Shown: positions 37,140-50,800 of the stretch, piece by piece
Layout: the number at the start of each line of letters is the position of its first letter
Position numbering within the stretch: the first letter of the stretch is position 1
NCBI GenBank assembly: GCA_002269645.1
Contig: NIVC01000992.1
Coordinates: forward strand, 186,001-250,000
Direction: 5' to 3'
Source: Macrostomum lignano
Lineage: Eukaryota
DNA length: 64,000 bases
The notes under the pieces: generated by a model
What the model was told of the DNA's origin: nothing
Seen by the model: the letters and a program-made list of their open reading frames with translations, nothing else
Database searches by the model: none
Program-made: the position numbers and the translations under genes

Positions 37140-37302
37140 GGAACAATTTGTGTCCTTGAGCAAGACACCTAACTCTGCAGTGCTTTAGCTCACCCAGCTG
37201 TAAAATGGGTGCCAGCATTAGCTGGGGTAATTGAGGCTGTGTGGCGACTCCCCAGTCCTTGGACTGAACAGCCGTACGCAGCCTTCAGATGCGCCGCGCA
37301 AT
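37140..37302 (+). mobile_element. 5-prime-truncated copy of tRNA/CORE-like SINE family A
   Basis: Near-identical to the reverse complement of 47174-47340 (tgtgtccttgagcaagacac...cacccagctgtaaaatgggtgccagcattagctggggtaattgagg...gtccttggactgaacagccgtacgcagccttca). Confidence 0.9.
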
Positions 37303-39231
37303 GGGAATCATGATGCTTTCAAAAGACCCCTAGACCAACGAATTTGTTTATAGCTGATGCATAAAACCTCAGCTCATGACTTTTTGCGATCTGCAGCAAT
37401 TCACGGTGGCGAGGTCGTGAAGGCTTGGTAAATGCCGAAACCATGACTTTCAGACCAAACTGAACCCGATCAGAGCACAAGGCACAGGATGATTTTTGTT
37501 TATCGTAATTTATAGTTTAGCTTTCATGCGCACTGTTTATTGAGGTCTTGAATGTCATATAAGCGCATCATGATACAAGAAGACAAAAATATTTCTAAAT
37601 CTAAGATGTCCACGAGCTGCGTCAAATGTCCGGGATTCACCAAATTCGTTCATTAATCGTCAGCGTTTCCATGTTGCAAACGGGCATCTTCCTTTCAGCA
37701 AATTTTTTTTCGATTAGCGGCCTACAGCTGGCATTTTTAATAGCTAGAATAGTTGGTGGAGAATAATAAATCACAGAAAATAGGGGCTTTTCTTTCGCTA
37801 GCGGCGCGCACAGTTCCCTTTACTATCGGCCCCTAATTATCGGTGGGCAACGAGGCTGCATGCAGCATCCCGACGCGCGCACGGCAGGGCAAAGATGAAA
37901 GGCAGCCTTTGAGGAATTTATGGCAGCAACCGCCGCCTATTCTCTCTGTCTTTGGCGTGGTCGCTCTTTTTTTCTTCAGAAATCCGTCTTGACCAGCCAT
38001 GCGGCATTTCGTAAAGGGAGGGCTCGTTTCCGCTTGGACTTGAAATTGGGCTAGAATTTCCTCTATTTGTCCCTCCGGCTCTCACACTTTCTTTCTATGC
38101 CTACTTCTCCTGTTTAGTTTGTTCTCTGAACAAATTGGCTTTCAACTTTACAAAACTGAGAAATCCTACTTGCTTTGTCACGTATAGCTACGAAACCAAG
38201 GACGACCAAGCCAAGGACGACTTAAGTAGATCGAAGGACTTTGCTATTGTTTTTGATAGGAAGATGTGTCTTGCGTTTCCTTTATGGCTCTATTGATATT
38301 CATAATTCATAAAGCTTTTTTTATTTAAAAAATTAGGATTCTATGTTAGTTTTATATGCTGTGTACAATTGTACATGTACTGTGACTAAAAACCCATTAA
38401 AATGGCACAGTTAGACTCATTGAATTTAAGAATCTAGCTCGTACGTGCAAGCACTACCAGTTGAAATCGGTTGGTGAAGAAAGTATTTTTGTAGGGGAAA
38501 GCAAACTAATCCACCTTCGCTCACTGAGGGAATTTTTGAGCGATGGGAAGACTGCTCCTCATTAGCAAAGTACACTTATATCGCAGCGTTGTTGTCCTAT
38601 ACCTTTTCCTAATCCTCGAAAACCTAGGAATTATCGTCCAATATTAATTAGATGAAAAAGCGTGCTTCTCTAGATTTTTTATTCAAATTCATATTTTTTT
38701 GCTTGGCGCAAGCGTCCTTAATCTCCTTCGCTTACACCTGATCTGCCATCCAAGGTTCTTACGGTGGGTTGTTTTAATTAACGATTTCCACCTAAGCTAT
38801 CAGTTCTTGTTTTCCAAGATGGATGGCAAACCCTGCTAGCAAACATTTATCATAATTTTCTAATGCTTACCCAGTGGAATGTCGCGTGCAAATTTTTACA
38901 AAAATGATTAAATTTATTTCCACATCATTCCATCATTCTACTATTTCAGAGATTAATTCCCCCTACAGCAAGGCTTGGATTGCAACACCCATTAACACCC
39001 AAATTCCATTTTGATGCTGAATCAAGATTTTAGTACGTCCTTGTTGTAGAAGCCGTTTTATACGCTGACAAATGATCATTGTAGAGGAAATAAGGATTAG
39101 GAATTGGGACCTTATTCCTATTTCCAGACGAACAATTTGTTGTTTTGTTCGAAGTCCCGTGTGAAAACAAAGTAATCAATACGTGTTTGGAGTGAGTACG
39201 CGTCTCCTTAATGTTCACTGAGTGGACTAGA

Positions 39232-39712
39232 GACTCCTCAATGTACACTGGGTGGGTAAGAGCTTCCTAAATGTACACTGAGTGGGTGAGAGCCTCCTAA
39301 ATTTACACGGTAAGAGCCTCCCCAATTTACACTGAGTGGATAAGAGCCTCTTCAATGTACACTGGGTGGGTTAGAGACTCCTCAATGTACACTGAGTGGG
39401 TAAGAGCTTCCTCAATGAACACTGAGGTGTTAAGAGTCTCCTCAATGTACACTGTGGGGGTAAGAGCTTTCTCAATGTACATTGCTTGTGGGTAAGAGCT
39501 TCCTCAATGTACACTGGGTGGGTTAGAGACTCCTCAATGTACACTGAGTGGGTAAGAGCTTCCTCAATGTACACTGAGTGGGTTAGAGCTTCCTCAATGT
39601 ACACTGAGTGGGTAAGAGCTTCCTCAATGAACACTGAGGTGTTAAGAGTCTCCTCAATGTACACTGTAGGGGTAAGAGCTTTCTAAATGTACATTGATTG
39701 TGGGTAATAGGT
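39232..39712. repeat. 30-bp minisatellite (CTTCCTCAATGTACACTGAGTGGGTAAGAG)
   Basis: About 16 copies read directly. Confidence 0.96.
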
Positions 39713-40559
39713 TCCTCAACGTACAAGGAAAGAGTTTGAACCGTTTACTGTTCGAATGTTTGTTTGCCTTCTGTTCGGAATTCTCTGCCAATAGCTCATC
39801 CTCACCCGAATGCATGATAAATGCTACTCTTACGACTATTAGCCGCTATTCGCGGGTCATGCAAGCAAAAGAAACCCCGAGCCGTTCAGTGCTTGATAAA
39901 GAGGCTGGAGACATGAGGCGAGGGAGCGCAGAGGCGCTTTGACAAAAAGCAGACGCAGCAAGAGCCAAGGGAAGCCCCAGAGAGTCAGTTTCGCAAGCTG
40001 CCGCTGTAAATTATTCAACAAGAATTGCTGCTGCCGTCCAGTCTCTTTCTAGTCGTGCTTGTTTTTGCTGCAGCTGCATATTGAGTGTACGGCAGCGGCA
40101 GCCTCTGCCTCTACTTGTCCAACGCTGCTTAATTATGCTGTCTCAGGAGCTCAAAAAGAAGCAGTTACTACTTTAGTGGGCCCTGAGTATGGGGGCGGGC
40201 AGGGTGCCTGGTACTACTGAAAAGAAGCGAAACAGAGCTTGTTGCGTCACAGCTTCTCTCTACTGATTGGATTGGATTCGATTCTTGAACATAGACTGAC
40301 CAAAGTCTCTCAGCTCGGGGAATGACGCAAGCAGCTAGCGCGGTTTGAAAAAAAAATAGGCCTAGAAATTCTCTAACGAGCGCGTTGAGTCCCTGATTTT
40401 ACCGATTGGAACTGGCTTGGAAAACCGAATCCGGAATAGATTGGGTTTACATAAGTAAGAATTGGGTTAGCCATCGGGAACGGGTGGAGATAGGGTGAGA
40501 ACAGAGTGCGATTGGTGGAGGATTCAAGATCGGTAGCTGAGAATAGATCGATAGATGGG

Positions 40560-40990
40560 TGAGACTAGATCAATCGAGATTGGATAAGAATCTGTTAATA
40601 ATAGATTGATACAAGGTGAGAATGGATCCAGAAAGAAAGAATAGATCGAGGCGGTGTGAAAATAGATCAAGACAGGATAAGAATAGATCGAGAAAGGGTG
40701 AGAATTGGTCAAGACAGATTGAGAATAGACCAAGAAAAAGTGAGAATGGATCGAAACCGACTGATAATAATCTCGTAGATCAAGATAGGGTGAGAATAGA
40801 TCAAGACAGGTTGAGAGTAGCTCGAAGCAGGGTGAGAATAGATCAAGACAGGTTGAGAGTAGCTCGAAGCAGGGTGAGAATAGATCAAGACAGGTTGAGA
40901 GTAGCTCGAAGCAGGGTGAGAGTAGATCGAGACAGGGTGCGAGTTGTAGCGAGATCGGGCTAGGAGTAGATTGAGATCGCGTGAGAGCAG
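40560..40990. repeat. Degenerate purine-rich 21/42-bp tandem repeat (GGGTGAGAATAGATCAAGACAGGTTGAGAGTAGCTCGAAGCA)
   Basis: Three near-perfect 42-bp copies at ~40787-40912 with decayed flanks. Confidence 0.85.
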
Positions 40991-41075
40991 ATTAAATTTA
41001 AATGAGAACAGAACCCATACATTTGAGAACAGATCATCTTCAGAGAATATCAGTGGCCTGCTACCAGCCGCTCAC

Positions 41076-41181
41076 CAATGGACTCCCGAACGCCGTCCTT
41101 GCGCATGCTGCCGACACGCATGGGGCCCATGACCGGCACCGGATGGTGAGGATAGTCGCGCTGCGACTCCGATATGCTCAT
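41076..41181 (-). CDS. Candidate alternative first coding exon of the stomatin gene
   Basis: ATG 41181, MSISESQRDYPHHPVPVMGPMRVGSMRKDGVRESI, then G|gtgagc (phase 1, in frame with 30015). Confidence 0.65.
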
Positions 41182-41993
41182 AGCTCTCAGTTTTGGGGAT
41201 CTTATTAGTTAATTTATTTAGTAGCTCTGCGAGTCTTTAAGGTGATGCTTTTTTTCTGTGATTTCTTCACTCAGCCTTCGTCGCCATTAAACCGTTGCAA
41301 GTCACGCTGGCTTGAGACCTTCCTCCGCTCTCTGCTACTTTGGGGCTGAACGCGAATAAAACACTGCAAGCAAGCTATCCTCCAAATAGGGGACAGCTTT
41401 TCTTCTTCCCTATGCTCATCGCCCACCGTATCCCATCCCCCCTCCTATGCACTATGCGAGCCTGCTGCCCAATCGAGCGGGGGGTCCGCCGCCACCAGCA
41501 ATGGCGAAAGCAGTGCGGGAGGGAAGCTGAACTAAAGGGGATGAGGGAGACAGGATTGATGCAGGGCATGCTTGCGGTGTCGAGTAAAGCGTGTCGCATC
41601 TCTTCCTTTTCCCTACTCAAAACAGCCCCCCCCCCAGAATGAAGCGGGGACTCACGGGATGGGGTGTTGTGCTGGATTTTTACCCCCCCCCCAAATCCCC
41701 CAAAAATGGGAGATGCGCCTGCCTGATAGAAAGCTGTATCGGAGTCAGGAGAATTTGGAAACAATGCGAGCTAGAATTTGGAAAAGGGAGCTGAGAGGCT
41801 GAAGGGATGTGAACAGAATATTGAGCAGGAGTTGAAGCACTGCTTAGCTCACACTGGGCTGCAGACCCGCAGGCAGAGAAAATAGGATGGAAGACATTCT
41901 CGGGTCTGCGTGGAGAAGTGAGATTTTGTCTTCTTGCTCATATTAAAACAGGAAAGACTATTAGGAATCTGCATTGAAGCTTCATCGGCTTGA

Positions 41994-43260
41994 GTGGCAC
42001 ATTTGAGGAGTGGGGAAAATAGTGGCAGATTTGAGGAGTGGGGAAAGTAGTGGCACATCTGAGGAGTGGGGAAAATAGTGGCACATTTGAGGAGTTGGGA
42101 AAATAGTGGCAGATTTGAGGAGTTGGGAAAATAGTGGCAGATTTGAGGAGTTGGGAAAATAGTGGCAGATTTGAGGGAGTTGGGAAAATAGTGGCAGATT
42201 TGAGGAGTTGGGAAAATAGTGGCAGATTTGAGGAGTTGGGAAAATAGTGGCAGATTTGAGGAGTTGGAAAAATAGTGGCAGATTTGAGGGAGTTGGGAAA
42301 ATAGTGGCAGATTTGAGGAGTTGGGAAAATAGTGGCAGATTTGAGGAGTTGGGAAAAGTGGCAGATTTGAGGAGTTGGGAAAATAGTGGCAGATTTGAGG
42401 AGTTGGGAAAAGTGGCAGATTTGAGGAGTTGGGAAAATAGTGGCACATTTGAGGAGTGGGGAAAAGTGGCAGATTTGAGGAGTTGGGAAAAGTGGCAGAT
42501 TTGAGGAGTTGGGAAAATAGTGGCACATTTGAGGAGTGGGGAAAAGTGGCAGATTTGAGGAGTTGGGAAAATAGTGGCACATTTGAGGAGTGGGGAAAAG
42601 TGGCAGATTTGAGGAGTTGGGAAAATAGTGGCAGATTTGAGGAGTTGGGAAAATAGTGGCACATTTGAGGAGTGGGGAAAAGTGGCAGATTTGAGGAGTT
42701 GGGAAAAGTGGCAGATTTGAGGAGTTGGGAAAATAGTGGCACATTTGAGGAGTGGGGAAAAGTGGCAGATTTGAGGAGTTGGGAAAATAGTGGCAGATTT
42801 GAGGAGTGGGGAAAATAGTGGCAGATTTGAGGAGTTGGGAAAAGTGGCAGATTTGAGGAGTTGGGAAAATAGTGGCACATTTGAGGAGTTGGGAAAATAG
42901 TGGCACATTTGAGGAGTGGGGAAAAGTGGCAGATTTGAGGAGTTGGGAAAATAGTGGCACATTTGAGGAGTGGGGAAAAGTGGCAGATTTGAGGAGTTGG
43001 GAAAATAGTGGCAGATTTGAGGAGTTGGGAAAATAGTGGCACATTTGAGGGAGTTGGGAAAATAGTGGCAGATTTGAGGGAATTGGGAAAATAGTGGCAC
43101 ATTTAAGGAGTTGGGAAAATAGTGGCACATTTGAGGGAGTTGGGAAAATAGTGACACATTTGAGGAGTTGGGAAAATAGTGGCAGATTTGAGGAGTTGGG
43201 AAAAGTGGCAGATTTGAGGGAGTTGGGAAAATAGTGGCACATTTGAGGGAATTGGGAACG
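41994..43260. repeat. 26-29-bp minisatellite (GTGGCAGATTTGAGGAGTTGGGAAAATA)
   Basis: About 45 copies; source of the 391-434-aa repeat ORFs. Confidence 0.98.
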
Positions 43261-43646
43261 TTGGGAAACTAGTGGTCCGTGAACAGTAGGTAAACAGCTA
43301 TGGGTAATTACGAGCGTAAAAGAGGAATAGCGGTATTATACACTCCAAAAAAGAGGATAGAAAGAGTTCTGTCTTGTCAACAATTAGCTCTCAAGTCTCA
43401 GTTTCAGTCCATTGACAACTCAACCAAGCGGTGGCCAGCAATACTTACTGAAAGTACTTCAATACTTCGCCTAGTTTGGAGTCTGGATCAGATTTCTGCG
43501 CAGTCAGTGTCCAGTTGCTTAGTTGGGAGTCCAGGAAGGGATAAAGCTACAGTGTAGAGGCTTGCGATCAATTTCTGATGGCTATAGTTTGGGCATCTCA
43601 TTATGCATATCCATCCGCCCAAGCCGTTTCACTTCTCAGTCTTACT

Positions 43647-43833
<187 letters not shown>

Positions 43834-44028
43834 AGTACCATTTAGTCTGGTTTATCTCTCAATTCAGAAATGTAGTTTTCTTTTTAAAATAATATTGTCC
43901 TTTCGACAGCTAAATCAAGCACTAAGCCTTGAACTAACATAGTTTCCAATCTGAAGCAGAAATTTCAACTAGCAAAAGAAGCCGCACAAGAAGCAGTGTC
44001 TGTTCGGTAGCTCTTTTCCTCTGCTTAC

Positions 44029-44032
44029 CCAT
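44029..44032 (-). CDS. Candidate ATG-G coding end of an alternative first exon of the stomatin gene
   Basis: cagggATGG|gtaagc: consensus donor, phase 1, at the 3-prime end of a GC-rich island (44030-44600). Confidence 0.35.
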
Positions 44033-44952
44033 CCCTGATCAGCGGGCTGGCTGCCCCCCCCCCGCCCCAATTTAGCAAGCGCCCCGATCCCTGGTCAGAG
44101 ATTCAAGCTGAGCGAATCTTCGCCAAGACTGTCGGAGAGAGGAGAAGCGGCCCGGGGGATCGGGGCTGGCGAGTCCAGTTGAGTAAGTAGAGGAGGGCCC
44201 AGGAGAAAAAAGCAGAAGAGTGCCGGAGCATGGCAAATGGGGAACGGACGGGTTCCAGCAGCCAGGGTGGGTGGGGGCGGCGGTTGCCTCCGCTAGATGA
44301 AGAGCTAATGGAGCCTTGGAAATAAGATGTAGCTGCCAGCTTCCACGAGTCGAGGGCGGGCAGGGAGAGACGCGGGGGACCATAAAATACATTTCTCCCC
44401 CCCGATCCTCCTCCGAAGGAACCGGAGTCCTGGCCCGCATCGCATATTCTCGAATCCCGCCTCCACCCTGATTCTCGGCAAGCGGGGGATAAAAACATTT
44501 TCATGAGCAGAATGATGAGAACTACGCGCGAGTCAAGAGAGCGGCAAGGACCGCTGAGCATGGATACTTGGCGGACCACTTCAAAACTCTTGGCCTGCAT
44601 TACTCAACTCTACTCTCCTCTTTAGTGTTGCAAGAATTTTGCTTCAACTTCCGAGTGCTCAAACGAGGAGGAGAACCGAATGCTTTGTGTAATTTAAAGA
44701 GGCCCCAGCCGAAGCTTGATGAAGTGAAATTTAGAGAGAGAGAGAGAGCTGGGCTCAGAGCAGTTGCTGCGCCTGCTGCAGAAAGATTAAAAGATTATCA
44801 AAGCGTTATTTAAAGACTTCGACATTTTATCAGTGGCTGCTCCCCCTGATTTCAGATGGGAACCCTTTGTGAGTCAGATATACTGTAAAAGTGAAATTCC
44901 TTTCTGACCCGGTGGTGCGTGACTTGCGCTATACAGTGAGTCATTTTGTTAG

Positions 44953-45274
<322 letters not shown>

Positions 45275-46113
45275 AGAAATGAAAATTAAAGCCATCAAAC
45301 ATCATCCGGAAGAGCAGTAGAACCAGAGAGGTGTTCCACCGGGGCAAACCTAATCAATTATGCCAAGTAGAAAGGAAGCTGGTCCCTGGTCACAGATAAG
45401 ATGCCACATTCTCTGTACACACAAGCATTAATCAGCTGAGAAGCCACCAGTTCGGAAATCCCAAGAGAGAGAATCCAACAGGATGGAAGACGCAGTCAGA
45501 AATAGAACGCCATGCATAAGATGTGTTTTTCTCCAGAATCATCCAAATAATCAACTCGCGGTGTCGTCTGCTTTCATCTCTTCTTTTGGCTATTCTTTAT
45601 CTCCCTGTTACCCCGTTCCCGGGACCATCCCTGGTGAGTAGCCATACGTAGTACGAACACTGCCAGACCCTTCTAGAGAAAGTCCTTTAGACTTTAGCCC
45701 CTCCGCAGTGTATCGCACTTGGTTTTTTTATTAAAGCTTCTAACTTGGCCTTTTCTTCAAAGCAGCCTGCAAGCTCCATTTGCATGCAAATCGCAACTGG
45801 CCAGGGTGTGACAGACAGTACAGTGGATTCGCTAGGCCCTCTGCAGAGTCTATACGCAATCTGAATAATCCAAGTCTGGCAGTGCTGAAAGAAAGTTTGA
45901 TGGATAGGCTGTAGGCTCCGTAACTGGAAAGGAATTATATTCAGACTGTGTCTATTAGGCGACAACTAAAAATAGATTCTGGCTGATATGAAAAAAGGGC
46001 AGAGAAAGAACCCAATGAATGCACTACTTGCTAAGTTTTTTTGCGTCTCCGATATGAATGCGGTTTCGATGTAAAAATCACACCATAAGTTTAACTATTA
46101 ATATCAACATATA

Positions 46114-46375
46114 CATTACTGCAATACGGATACGTACGCAGTCATGCGCACAGGCACACACTCACACAGGAGTGCACAGCGGCTCTAATTTTATTTATCG
46201 TTAGGCATGTACACTTCACTGTGCCTTGGGGGGTTGGCGCTCAATGACGTTAACTGCACGAGCAGAGCCAAGCCGAGATTCCGATTTAGCCCCCAAATTA
46301 ATGTGACTGCACTGGGAATCGAGCCTGGGCCGCTGGCACATCAGAGCGCCGCGCCAGACCACTGGGCTACGGCCC
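46114..46375 (-). mobile_element. tRNA-derived SINE family B (3-prime deleted copy)
   Basis: Head gggccgtagcccagtggtctggcgc...ggctcgattccc with A-box (TAGCCCAGTGG) and B-box-like (GGCTCGATTCC) motifs; colinear with 63411-63640. Confidence 0.88.
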
Positions 46376-47173
46376 ATACTGACATATACCTTCTCGAGGC
46401 AGCGTGGCCTCTGACATCCGATCGCATCCCAAGGCATCAAAGGCTTGTCTGGCAGTGCAACCGAGGACTCAACAAGGTGAGGACTCAACGATGATCTTGG
46501 ATCCCTGGATAGCGACTGGCAGACGACAGCACTTGGACGACTATCTGACCAAAGCTCGACAAGCAATGACCGCAATAGCGCCCGGTGACAAACTTGCATC
46601 AAGATTGAATCAAGGCCTTCCATTTTAACAAACTGCTGTAAAATCAGCAAAAATCCATTTTTCAGAAGACTAATGAGCTGTATAATTGAAAATCACTGAG
46701 CCTCTTTGTAAGCCCACTCAAACGTCAATGGCATGGTACCTATTTCACCATAGGTACCATGGCATGGTATAGCCTTCGTACTATATTGCTCCTCATGTCC
46801 CTCTTCAATCGACTACTTATACTACAGCACGCACCCATTTCACTTTTTACAGCACTTCTCCCCCTGCCCCTATGCATGGTACTCATTTATCCTGCCATTT
46901 CTCTATTAATGTTGTCACACACTTCCACTGCAGCTTGAGCTGCCCTAATACTCTCCTCTTCTCCCCCCTCTCTCTCTCTCTAATAATACACACAGCAGAT
47001 CGATAGCGGATATAAACCTATGTGCAGCAGAAATTAGTTGCCGTAGCAACTCTAAGAGACTATATGCATAGCAGACTTTATATTCAGTGACTTGATTAGC
47101 ATTTATATCAATAATAATTGATTACACCTGTCCCAATTGGGCCAGATGTGCAACCGACAGCTCAGCCGCAGCT

Positions 47174-47412
47174 ATCGCGCGGCGCATATGAAGGCTGCGT
47201 ACGGCTGTTCAGTCCAAGGACTGGGGGGGTCGCCACACACACCCTCAATTACCCCAGCTAATGCTGGCACCCATTTTACAGCTGGGTGAACTGAAGCAAT
47301 GCAGAGTTAAGTGTCTTGCTCAAGGACACAAACTGTTCCAGTGGGATCGGGAATCGAACCCCCGACCTTGAAGTCGTGAGTCCGACGCTCTAACCACTAG
47401 GCTACAGCCACC
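47174..47412 (-). mobile_element. tRNA-derived SINE family A with a CORE-like central domain
   Basis: tRNA-like head GGTGGCTGTAGCCTAGTGGTTAGAGCG...GGTTCGATTCCC (A and B boxes), then TGTGTCCTTGAGCAAGACACTTAACTC...CAGCTGTAAAATGGG; second copy at 37140. Confidence 0.9.
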
Positions 47413-49205
47413 TTCGATTGATGCACTACGAATGGTATGTACTTATTCGGCACTGGATTGAGTCTGCTCACAACCCCACTGGATACTCGCATCTGTCCTT
47501 GCAGTTAATATCGATTATTTATCATTTTGTTCGCTGCTTTGAGTCTGCATAGCAGAGCCCGTGACCCGTGTCCTCAGTAGGAACTCCAGTACGTGCGCTT
47601 TTTTACCCAACGACTAGTTACTCAGTAGCAATGGGTTGGTTTCTTCATTAATTTTCAACACTGTCGTCCCATCACTTCCCCTCGCTGCTGCAGCTGAAAG
47701 GTCGTGCGCTGGACGTGGCTTTGATTAAAGAAAATTCATCCATCTTTTCTCCCCGGTTTCTTTTCCTCATTTCCCGTCTCGGTTCGTTGCTTGTTAAGTA
47801 AGCTATTAACGATGGAATGAGACTGCTCGCTGAGAGCGTTGGATGTACGACTCACAATATTCCGTGCCTGCTACTTATTTGGGTAGTGTGAGACGCTTCG
47901 TCCGATTTTTACGTAGCCGAACGTGGATTAGCCAAATAGGTGACTCGTGTAACATAGTTACGTTACTATGAACTGTATTTTATATTAGCTATGTAGTGAC
48001 AGTTTCATTTTCACTATTGTTTTCTCTTCATTTCATAAGCCCAAGCGAAAGACATAAACAAAAACGCACAAGTGAGTTTTTTTAGCAACCATGTTGGTCT
48101 CCAAAAAAATTACACGATCTTTGAGTTCTACGTTTTGTTATACTACAGTGGTCCATTGTGTACACTCGGTGTGAGCGTGGGTAGACACCACAACCTTCCT
48201 AATAGAATACGCTAATCGACCGGCTAAGGCCTGTAGTCGTCCAATTCTCGTCCATGAGGACCAACCAACAACCAATCACCCTGTGTGGCACGAAGTTTTA
48301 GCTGAGTAAATGGGGATTGGGTTGAACCATAGACAAAAAAACGAAGAAGAAATGCTTAATGTGACAAGGTTTAAATAAAGTTGCGGAAAACTTGAGTCGA
48401 GAAATAGAAAAGCTTTTGCTGACTACTGAACTAGTACATGGCTCTCATCAATTGGAGTAATCTACCCGTTGATTCTGCCTTAAACAGAAAACCAAAGTGC
48501 TTGCTGACTTCTGACTCATTTTATAGCCGTAAACATTTGTTGACTGCTACTACAACTGCCTTCTTCTTTAACACCAGATTCAACCCTTTAACCTTCAACC
48601 CTTAGAAGTGAACCAATTCGTCTGATTAATTAATTGTCTAGAGCATTAATTATTGTACATAGAAATCCTGACTGAGTACATGCTGAGCAAAAACCAGTTC
48701 GATTTGTTGCTTCCTGCTTTGCGGGGCTTTACTGCGGATCCAATTACAAAATAAAGAAGTGCATTCTAGGCGATATTGTAGATGCATAGTGATGGATCTT
48801 TGAGGCTTAGTACCGCCATCGCTAAGCATTAATAATCAATTCTAGCCACTGTGCATAGCTTAGCAGGCGGAGTTGACATGGCATGCGCTCCACTCTAAAT
48901 GCAATGCCTTACATACAATTAGCTATATGGTTTGATTAATACAGAAGAATTGAGTTCTTTTATGGAATTATAGATTAACGTGCTAGTTAGTTAGCTGGCT
49001 AGTTTCACGACCGTTTGCAACTTCTCTATTTAGTCAACTGGCTTTATTGATGGTTAATTGAACTAACTAGGAAGGATGGGCTGTAGAGATCCTTTTTTCT
49101 TAGAATATTGGATTTTAACTGAGAGCACACGAACAGAAAAGGATGAGACTGTGAATTAGATTACAATTAAATTTATTCCCCACGAACAGTTATGCAGATT
49201 CAGTT

Positions 49206-49808
49206 ATCCAAGGGGCGCCATCGCTATCCAAGGGGCGCCGCTATCCAAGGGGCGCCATCGCTATCCAAGGGGCGCCATCGCTATCCAAGGGGCACCATCG
49301 CTATCCAAGGGGCGCCATCGCTATCCAAGGGGCGCCATCGCTATCCAAGGGGTGCCGCTATCCAAGGGGCACCATCGCTATCCAAGGGGCGCCATCGCTA
49401 TCCAAGGGGCGCCATCGCTATCCAAGGGGCGCCATCGCTATCCAAGGGGCGCCATCGCTATCCAAGGGGCGCCATCGCTATCCAAGGGGCGCCATCGCTA
49501 TCCAAGGGGCGCCATCGCTATCCAAGGGGCGCCATCGCTATCCAAGGGGCGCCATCGCTATCCAAGGGGCGCCATCGATATCCAAGAGGCACCATCGCTA
49601 TCCAAGGGGCGCCATCGCTATCCAAGGGGCGCCATCGCTATCCAAGGGGCGCCATTGCTATTCAAAGGCCGCCATCGATATCCAAGAGGCACCATCGCTA
49701 TCCAAGGGGCGCCATCGCTATCCAAGGGGCGCCATCGCTATCCAAGAGGTGCCATCGCTATCCAAGGGGCGCCATCGCTATCCAAGGGGCGCCATCGCCA
49801 GGGGCGCT
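49206..49808. repeat. 20-bp GC-rich minisatellite (CCATCGCTATCCAAGGGGCG)
   Basis: About 30 copies read directly. Confidence 0.97.
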
Positions 49809-50484
49809 TTCCCCACGGGTGCCAAAACGGCCATACATATATCTGCCAGTCCTATATAAGCTGACTGGCACTTGTTGATTTTTACTGGTTTCGGGTGGAA
49901 ACTTTAACATGTTGCTAATCGTAAATATGAAAGATTTAGCAAGGGCGCAGCAGTGTTCTTTTCTTACTTCTTAGCCCTAAAAAGAAGTCTTCGATGGTAA
50001 AATAGAAAAAATGGAGAAGCTTTTACTCGTAAGCTAAAGTTACGGATTAGCGCTTATTTACAATCAAGACTTTGTTTCAACGAAAACATGTGTAATCTTT
50101 TTCAACTTTATTACAAACGCTTTCACCATTAGCGGAAGTTAACATTTTCATCAACAATGCCTTGCATTGATCTTTCCAATGTACATTATTAGTTTCAAAC
50201 CTTATTATTAGTTACCTTATTATTACTTACCTTACCTAATGTACAAAATTATTATTAGTTATTATTAGTACATTATTAATTACAAATCGAGTCTACATTC
50301 AGACCACAGGTTAGAATGATAAGGATTGTAAAAAATAAGGAATCAATTTTGGGGCTCTTTGGTTCTGTTCTGCAATGTACTTTCTGGCGGCTTATCAGGG
50401 TGGGACGTCAATGTAAATTTATCAGTCACATATAGTGTACATTTTTATTATACATTAACAGGCCCGATTAAAGAGGGTTAGGGG

Positions 50485-50800
50485 TAGGCCTTAATGTACA
50501 TTCAACCCTCCCGCAGGATTTGTGTGGTTGTAAAAGAGGTGGGGTTGGCAATAAACTCTACTGGTGTAGAGGAATACGAGTAGGATAGGCCTTGATGTAC
50601 ATTCAACCCTCACGCAGGATTTGTGTGGTTGTAAAAGAGGTGGGGTTGGCAATAAACTGGTGTAGAAGAATAGGATAGGCCTTGATGTACATTCAACCCT
50701 CACGCAGGATTTGTGTGGTTGTAAAAGAGGTGGGGTTGGCAATAAACTGGTGTAGAGGAATAGAATAGGCCTTGATGTACATTCAACCCTCAAGCAGGAC
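50485..50800. repeat. ~90-bp tandem repeat, about 3.4 copies
   Basis: ggcctt(g/a)atgtacattcaaccctc at 50487, 50588, 50678 and 50768. Confidence 0.93.

Noticed and set aside
47340-47412. tRNA gene call for the SINE head
   Set aside because: Anticodon and acceptor stems do not pair properly, and the sequence continues into a repeated SINE body.
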